From: Myxococcales bacterium
GTDB lineage: Bacteria; Myxococcota_A; Polyangia; Polyangiales; DASUME01
Length of the DNA stretch: 64,000 nt
Reading direction: 5' to 3'
Assembly: GCA_047601445.1 (NCBI GenBank)
Contig: JASGJH010000001.1
Coordinates: 3,488,001 to 3,552,000 of the forward strand
Below, piece by piece: positions 57,679 through 64,000 of this stretch. The position numbers were made by a program, and so were the translations under genes. The number at the start of each line of letters is the position of its first letter. Position 1 is the stretch's first letter. Under the pieces are notes generated by a model that was given only the letters and a program-made list of their open reading frames with translations, was not told the DNA's origin and ran no database searches.

Positions 57679-59028
57679 TCAGCGCTCGATGATCACCTCG
57701 ACGCGGCGACTGCCGGCATTGGTGTTCTGCGGGTTGGCCACGCCTCGGCCCACCATCTCGATGCGCTCGGCCGCGATGCCGTGGGACATCAGGTACTCCC
57801 TCACTGCATTGGCGCGTGACTCCGAGAGCTCCTGGTTCATGACCTGGTCGCCGCGTGGGTCGGCATAGCCGCGCAGGCGCACCTTCGCCTCGGGATGCTG
57901 GGTCAGCGTCGCCACCACCTGGTGCAGCACGGGACGGTTCAGGGGTCGGCTCGAGCTGGTTTCGAAATGCACCACGCGAGTCTCGGGCTCGAGGCGGGCC
58001 GCGACGGGCTCTGCAGCGGGCGCCGGGGGCTCGGCGACGGGCGCCACTGGCGCCACAGCGTGCACGGAAGGCGCGGGCGGGGTCTGGACGGCCTCGCGGA
58101 CTTCGATGGCCTCCTCCACCTGTGGCCGCTGTACGGCCTCGGGCCGCTGCAATTCGGTCGGGGGTGCGACTGGAAGACTCGTTGGTGCGACCGGAAGGCT
58201 CGGTGGCGCAGTGACCACGGTGCGCACAGGACGCTCGGGTCGATCGCGGCCCATGCGCATCAGGCTGAACAGCCCAAAGAGCGCGATCGGCAGGAGCAAC
58301 CACCAGAGCCCGCTCGAGCGGCGCTCGGGCGCGACCGCCGTGCGGCGCGTTAGCTCTGGCGTGCGGCGCACCTCACCGGGCAAGGGCGGCGGCACGGGCG
58401 CAGGCGGCACGATCTCGGGCGTGTCGTAGGCATGGGTCTCGAAGGCGCGCTCCGAGTAGAAGACCTTCTGCCCATGCGCCTTGGCCGCCTCTTCGGTGCG
58501 CCCGAACAGGGCGCTCAATCCGCTCGGCAAGAGCCCCGAAGCTTTCCTGCCTTCCTCGCTCAGTAGGCGCGACAGTCCGCGCGCGTCGAGCGACCGCGAC
58601 TGGCTCTCGCGCTGCAGCGCGCCGAGCACGATGGGTGCCGCGATGCCGAGCAACGTGGTGGCCGATGAACGACTCACGCCGCTGGTTCCCGCGAGCGAAT
58701 CGAGGATGCCGTCGAGTTTGCCGCCGAAGAGCCGGCCGAGAAAGCCGCTGCTCGACTGCGTGAGCCTGTGCGTGGCGGCTGGATCGCGCACCAACGAGCC
58801 GAGCTCGCTGGCCTCGACGTGGGGGAAGTCCCCGCCCTTCAGCGTCCCGAGCAACTCGGACGCCTTCTGCTCCGAAGAGAACTGCGAGGCCAATCCGGCC
58901 ATCGACAGTGGCAGCGCGCTCTCGAGGCCCTTGCGGGTCGCGCTCTGACTCTCGTGCATCTGAGAGCTCAGGCGCTCCACCGAGTCGCCCTTCAACGCGA
59001 GCCCCATGATGTCCATCATGCTCTCCAT
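57679..59028 (-). CDS. DUF937 plus OmpA-C domain protein
   Basis: N-terminal helical DUF937-like region, TM WWLLLPIAL, Pro-rich linker, GYAD...NQELSESRA...RRVE; GGAGG RBS. Confidence 0.88.
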   Translation of the reverse strand: MESMMDIMGLALKGDSVERLSSQMHESQSATRKGLESALPLSMAGLASQFSSEQKASELLGTLKGGDFPHVEASELGSLVRDPAATHRLTQSSSGFLGRLFGGKLDGILDSLAGTSGVSRSSATTLLGIAAPIVLGALQRESQSRSLDARGLSRLLSEEGRKASGLLPSGLSALFGRTEEAAKAHGQKVFYSERAFETHAYDTPEIVPPAPVPPPLPGEVRRTPELTRRTAVAPERRSSGLWWLLLPIALFGLFSLMRMGRDRPERPVRTVVTAPPSLPVAPTSLPVAPPTELQRPEAVQRPQVEEAIEVREAVQTPPAPSVHAVAPVAPVAEPPAPAAEPVAARLEPETRVVHFETSSSRPLNRPVLHQVVATLTQHPEAKVRLRGYADPRGDQVMNQELSESRANAVREYLMSHGIAAERIEMVGRGVANPQNTNAGSRRVEVIIER

Positions 59029-59297
59029 CCGAGCACCTCCTCCTTTGCGTCCCTTCCACCCTGCCGCCCTTCGAGCGGCCTCGCAAAGGAGCAGTGCGCC
59101 AGCTGCCCGAACGCGCAGCGCGCACATGACGACCTGCCGTCTCTTCGAGAGCGTGCGCAGGCGCGCAGACTGCGCTCACTTGTCAGCAGACGCGCGAAAA
59201 AGCGTGGGGCACGTCGCTCACGCGGACATCGCATACGGGACAGCACCCGCGAGCGACGCAAGGTCTGCTCGAGTGCTCCGTAGAGCCCGAGGATGTC

Positions 59298-59738
59298 CTA
59301 GCGGGCCTGAGCGCGAGCGGTGCCGAACGCGAGCTCGCGCCGGGCCAGCGCGAGCAGCTCGCCGCTGCTCTCCAGCAACTCGAAGCGCCCGCCGACAGCC
59401 AGGTTCACCGTGCGCACGGCCAGGGAGATCAGCGGAGAGCGCACCCCGATCGCGACGCGGCGCACCTTGCGGAAGGTGGACACGGACCAGGTCGACATCC
59501 GGGTGTGAACGCTGATTTCATAGCTCTCGACCTCGAACAGGTCGTGGATGATCGCGACCTCCCGGGGTCGCTCTCGAATCGCGTCCTCCACGGCCGCGAT
59601 GATGCTCTCGGCGTGCTCCGACACCATGCGCCCCGAGGCCTGAGAGAACACCAGTCCGGGTCGAGCGGTCCAGAGGCGAACGCAGCCGTCGGGGGCCTCG
59701 ACGACCTTGGACGGCGTCACACCGAGCTCGGTCAACAT
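59298..59738 (-). CDS. hypothetical protein (small alpha/beta, SpoIIAA/STAS-like)
   Basis: 146 aa; IHDLFEVESYE, VRSPLISLAV pattern. Confidence 0.6.
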   Translation of the reverse strand: MLTELGVTPSKVVEAPDGCVRLWTARPGLVFSQASGRMVSEHAESIIAAVEDAIRERPREVAIIHDLFEVESYEISVHTRMSTWSVSTFRKVRRVAIGVRSPLISLAVRTVNLAVGGRFELLESSGELLALARRELAFGTARAQAR

Positions 59739-59847
59739 GCATCGAGGGTATCAAAACGCTCAGGCGACGTGCACAGATTCAGGCGAATTTCGTCGGGTGG
59801 GCCGCGCGCCGCCGGGGTAGCTGGCCGCCACACATCGACAGGAAGAC

Positions 59848-60864
59848 TCAGGCTCGGACGAGACGCAGTAAGGTGCTGTTGCGCACGGAGTCCGCAAGCA
59901 GGAAGGGCGGATCCGAGTCGGGCTTTCCCTGCAGGGCCCGGCGCACCCGGAAGCTGGCGAGGGCGCAGGTCCACGCCAGGTCTGCCAGCACCGCGTAGAC
60001 CGTGCCGTGGTTCTTCACGAAGTAGCGGTGCCGCGAGTCGAACACGTACTGCGGCCGGCGCTTGGGCGGCCCGGTGCGATCCGTCACCCCGGTGCTCTGT
60101 CCCGCGATGTGCATGACGCGACTGTCGGGCACGTACCAGCAGGGCCAACCAGCTCGCTTGGCGCGCAGACAGAAGTCGGTCTCCTCGTAGTAGAGGAAGA
60201 ACTCCTCGTCCATCAGTCCGATACTCTCGAACACATCGCGCCGAATCATCATGCTGGCACCGGGCAGCCAGTCCACGCGCTCGGCCCGATCTCCCATCTT
60301 CACGGGGACCTCCCAGCGGCTGAGCATGCGGGTGAGGGGCCCGAGCCGCGCGCCCCCCTCCAGCTCGCCCAACACACTGGGGAACCGAAACGCGGTGGAC
60401 CACAGGCTGCCATCTGGGTTCTCCAGGCAGCTCCCCGCGATGCCCACGCGCGGGTGCGCGTCCATGAACGCCGCCAACTCCGAGAGCGCGCCCGGACGCA
60501 CCTGACAGTCCGGATTGAGCAGCATGAACAGACCTGGCGCGCGCGCCTGGCTGAGCGCCTCGCGAATGGGAAGGTTGTTCCCGTAGGCGTAGCCGCCATT
60601 GCGCGGCGCCTCGATGCAAACCGCCCAGCCGGTGAAGCCGTCGTCCACGATGGCCGCCGCGATACGCTCCCTGGAGCCGTCGGCCGAGTCGTTGTCGACC
60701 ACCACCGTGCGCAGCCCTGGCATCGACGCGGCCTCGCCGGACAACGAGCGCAGGCAATCGATGCTGAGCGCCGCGGTGCGGTAGTTCACGATCACGACCA
60801 GCACCTCACACCCGGGCAACAAGGGTCGCAGGGGCTGCAAGGGATCCTGGGAAGTGCGTTTCAT
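59848..60864 (-). CDS. glycosyltransferase family 2 (WbbL-like)
   Basis: VVIVNYRT, VVDNDSADGS, LLNPD, GASMMIR, DEEFFLYYEETD; strong RBS before ATG 60864 (alternative GTG 60897). Confidence 0.92.
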   Translation of the reverse strand: MKRTSQDPLQPLRPLLPGCEVLVVIVNYRTAALSIDCLRSLSGEAASMPGLRTVVVDNDSADGSRERIAAAIVDDGFTGWAVCIEAPRNGGYAYGNNLPIREALSQARAPGLFMLLNPDCQVRPGALSELAAFMDAHPRVGIAGSCLENPDGSLWSTAFRFPSVLGELEGGARLGPLTRMLSRWEVPVKMGDRAERVDWLPGASMMIRRDVFESIGLMDEEFFLYYEETDFCLRAKRAGWPCWYVPDSRVMHIAGQSTGVTDRTGPPKRRPQYVFDSRHRYFVKNHGTVYAVLADLAWTCALASFRVRRALQGKPDSDPPFLLADSVRNSTLLRLVRA

Positions 60865-60893
60865 GGGTTTCCTCTCCTCTCGAGGGCGGGCGT

Positions 60894-63800
60894 TCACAGG
60901 TGCGCCGAGTCGCGGGCATCCGCGGCTTGCGTCGGTGCGGCACCGAGGTCCTTGGTCTTGGCGTCGATGCGCGCCTGGACGAGCCGCGCGAGCTCCTCGA
61001 CGTCGGGCTCCTGGAGCATGCTCGAATGTCCCCCGCCCGCATCGAACACCTTGAGCGTCTCGACCTTGCCCTCCCAGCCGAGCAGCGGCGATGCGAAGAT
61101 GTCCACGTAGGGCGTGTCGTCGATGGCGGTTCCATCGAAGCTCGGGTTCTTGTGCGTCGCGCGCAGCAAGACGACCTCGCCGCGGTAGGGTTCGGGTGTC
61201 ACGAATTCGCGCTCGGCGAAGCGCAGCACCACCTGCACCGGGATTCCCCTCAGATACTCCGGCATCGTGAGGCCTCGGTCGAGGTGCCAGCGGTACATAC
61301 GCATGCGGGCGTTGTTGCGGGCTCGCAAGGTGCGTGCGCTGAGCTCGTAGCTCAACACGTTGCCGCCCTTGCGGTAGGCCGTGCGCGCCAGCTCCCTGGA
61401 GCGCTCGAACAGGCCCATGGCAGGTTGCGCCGCCTCCTGTTCCAGAGCTGCCGTGAAGCGCTGTAGACGCTGCACGCTCTTGCTCTTGAGCGCCGCGTGC
61501 ACGTGCGCTGCATCAAGCAACACCACCAAAGCCACGGTCTCGCCCAGTTGCTGCAGCTGGCGCGCCATCTCCAGCGCGATGAAGCCACCGATGCACAGGC
61601 CGCCCAAGTAATAGGGGCCCGTGGGCTGGGCCTTACGCACGACCGTGACGTAGTGCTGCACGACCTCGCTGAGTCGAGAATGCAACATGGGATGATCGAT
61701 GGTGGAGCGCGGCTGAATGCCGTAGACCTTGCGCTCGCTCGTCAAGCGACGGCTCAAGTTCAGGTAGGGCAAGGTCTCGCCCTCCCCGTCATGCACCAGA
61801 AAGAGCGGCGGCTCGTCCCCGCCGTCGCGCAGCAGCACGAGCTCCTCGCGCAACTCGTGGGCCGGCCGTTCGAGCGCCTGCGCGAGCTTCTCCACCGTCG
61901 GATCCGTGAGCAGGGTGCTGAGCGGAAGCGCGCGCCCGAAGACTCTTTCGATCTCGACCATCAGGTCCACGCTCAAGAGCGAGTTCCCGCCCACCTCGAA
62001 GAAATTGTCACGGATGCCGATGGGACGGCCGGCGCCGATCACGTGCTCCCAGATCTTCGCCAGCCTCACCTGCTCCGGTGTGTGCGGCGGGACGAAGTCA
62101 CGCAGTGCCTCGAAGTCTTCCGCCGTGGGCATGGGCAGGGCGCGCCGATCGACCTTTTGGTTGAGGTTCACCGGCAGCTTGGGCAGCGTGGCGAACACCA
62201 CTGGCACCATGTAGTCGGGTAGCTTCGTACGGCACACGTCTCGCAACTGCCGCACCCGGGCCGCGGTGCTCTGGCTGCGCTCATCGAGCACCACGTAGGC
62301 CAGGAGGCTCGGCTCGCCGCCTCCAAGGTCTTTGGCCGAGACCACCGCCTCCTTCACGCCAGGCTGGGCACGCAGGGTGCTCTCGATCTCACCGGGCTCG
62401 ATGCGGATGCCGCGAAGCTTGAGTTGAAAATCGCTGCGACCGAGGATTCTCGAGCTGTCCGTGCTCGTCGGAGCGCCCCAGGTCGCCAGTGCGGTAGAAG
62501 CGCTGGCCGTCGACTTCGACGAACTTCTCGCGTGTGAGGTCCTCGCGCCCCAAGTAGCCGAGCGAGACCCCCTCACCGCCGAAGTAGATCTCTCCCACCA
62601 CGCCGAACGGCACCAACTGCTGGCGCGCGTCGTAGAGCCGCACCGACATGTTCTCGAAGGCGCTGCCGACCATGCTCTTGCTCACCACGCTCTCGCGCGG
62701 CACCTCGAACGTGCAGCCCATGCAGCTGATCTCGCTGCACCCGTAGATCACGAATAGCTCCGCCTGTCGAAACACGCGCTTGAGCGACTCCAGCAGATCC
62801 CCCGAGACCAGGTCTCCGCCCGAAGAGACGTGGCGCAGCCCGTCGAACAGCGTGACGTCGAGCCCCTGCTCACGCACGAAGGCCACCAACTTGCGCAGCA
62901 AGCTCGGCGAAGCATGCAGCACGGTGGTCTCACGTAGGGTGGGCACGAGCCGGCGGAAGTCGAGCACGTGTTCGCGCTCGAGCACGATCAAGCGTCCGCC
63001 CACCGCCAGGGTGGAGAACATCTCCAGCATCGTGATGCTGAAGGTGGAGCGCGCCATGGCCGGCATCACATCGCCCTCGTTGAAGCGATACTTGCGCTGA
63101 GCCGACAGCACGTAGTGGGCCAGGTTTTGGTGACTCACCATCACGCCTTTGGGCGTGCCCGTGGTGCCCGAGGTGTAGATCACGTAGGCCACCTGCGAGA
63201 GGTCGACCTCCACGGGCAGCGCGGGTGCGGCGCCCGGCGCGAAGGTCAGCAGGTGCTCGCGGTCGTCCACACACCAGATGCGCGCCACGCTCGGGACCAC
63301 GGACAGCAGGGAACGCTGCGTGAGCAGGACCTGGGCCGCCGTGTCGTCCACCATCAAGCGCAGTCGTTCGATCGGATAGCTCGGATCGAGCGGGACGTAG
63401 GTCGCCCCGGCCATCAGCACCCCGAGCAAACACACCACGGTGTCGAGGCCTGGCTCGAGGCACACCGCCACGCGCGCGCCGATACCGACGCCCTCCCGCG
63501 CGAGCTGTTGGGCCAGCGCCGAGGCGTGATACATGAGCTCGCCGTAGGAAAGGCTGCGGTCGCGGAAGCTCACGGCCTTGGCCTCGGGTCGGCGCTTGGC
63601 CTGCTCCAGCACGCAGTGATGGATGGGCTTGGTGCTGCGCAGCCAGTGGGCGCCGGTCCACGCTGCGAGCTGGTGGGAGAGCTCGAGCTCCGAGAGCAGC
63701 GGCAATTGGCCCACGGTCAACTCGGGATGCTCTGCCATGGCCGCCGACAGACACTGCAGACCGCGCGCCAGGCGCTCCACCGTGGCGAGCTCGAATACTT

Positions 63801-64000
63801 CCTGATCGTATTCGAAGCAGGCCGAGAATCCCTCGGGAGCCGGTTCGACCACCAGGCTCAAATCCGCGGCGACGTAGCGACTCGAGAGCTCGGCGAAGTT
63901 CACCGACAGCCGCGGGTACGCCTGGATCGACGTGCGCTCGCTGCGGGTCAGCGCTTCCTCCAGACACGAGCGCAGATAGGAGACCGACGCCTCCAGCTCG
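60894..64000 (-). CDS. NRPS, terminal (C)-A-T-TE module; 5' end beyond the window; one extra base at 62447-62448
   Basis: YVIYTSGTTGTPKG, FYRTGDLG, GRSDFQLKLRGIRIEPGEIE, LPDYMVP, FFEVGGNSL, PLFLVH...GPYYLGGLCIGG...GGHSSML; frame open to 64000. Confidence 0.92.

Noticed and set aside
62389..62576. NRPS as two separate genes or a programmed frameshift
   Set aside because: The break lies inside the A domain between A7 and A8, there is no slippery heptamer, and removing one A restores the consensus.

Overview
A high-GC, gene-dense chromosomal window. Gene content (many Cys-rich secreted lipoproteins, Kazal, PASTA, START and AFL-type lipase proteins) points to a Myxococcota genome, probably Polyangiales-like; this is inference, not a database result. 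About 54 protein genes are supported. Most are accessory metabolism, envelope and regulatory genes: psd, GT4, MATE, GMC oxidoreductase, BVMO, a CzcBA-like RND operon with a two-component system, xth, GH13, GT8, an L,D-transpeptidase, and the end of an NRPS followed by a GT2. I saw no rRNA, tRNA, CRISPR array, integrase or transposase. Four otherwise intact genes each carry a single-base frameshift, most simply explained as long-read assembly errors. Two small regions look like genuine gene relics. Best leads: (1) a terminal NRPS module with an A domain lacking the amino-binding Asp, a Cys-nucleophile TE and an adjacent GT2; (2) a glycogenin/IPUT1-like GT8 convergent with a GH13 glucosidase; (3) a DUF2239 gene with an RHH-like segment and twin ACCCGGG boxes in a leaderless promoter, upstream of an AlkZ-like glycosylase; (4) a compositionally atypical three-gene islet around a lipase-fold protein; (5) a dispersed multi-hairpin repeat family. 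All family assignments come from motif recognition by eye.
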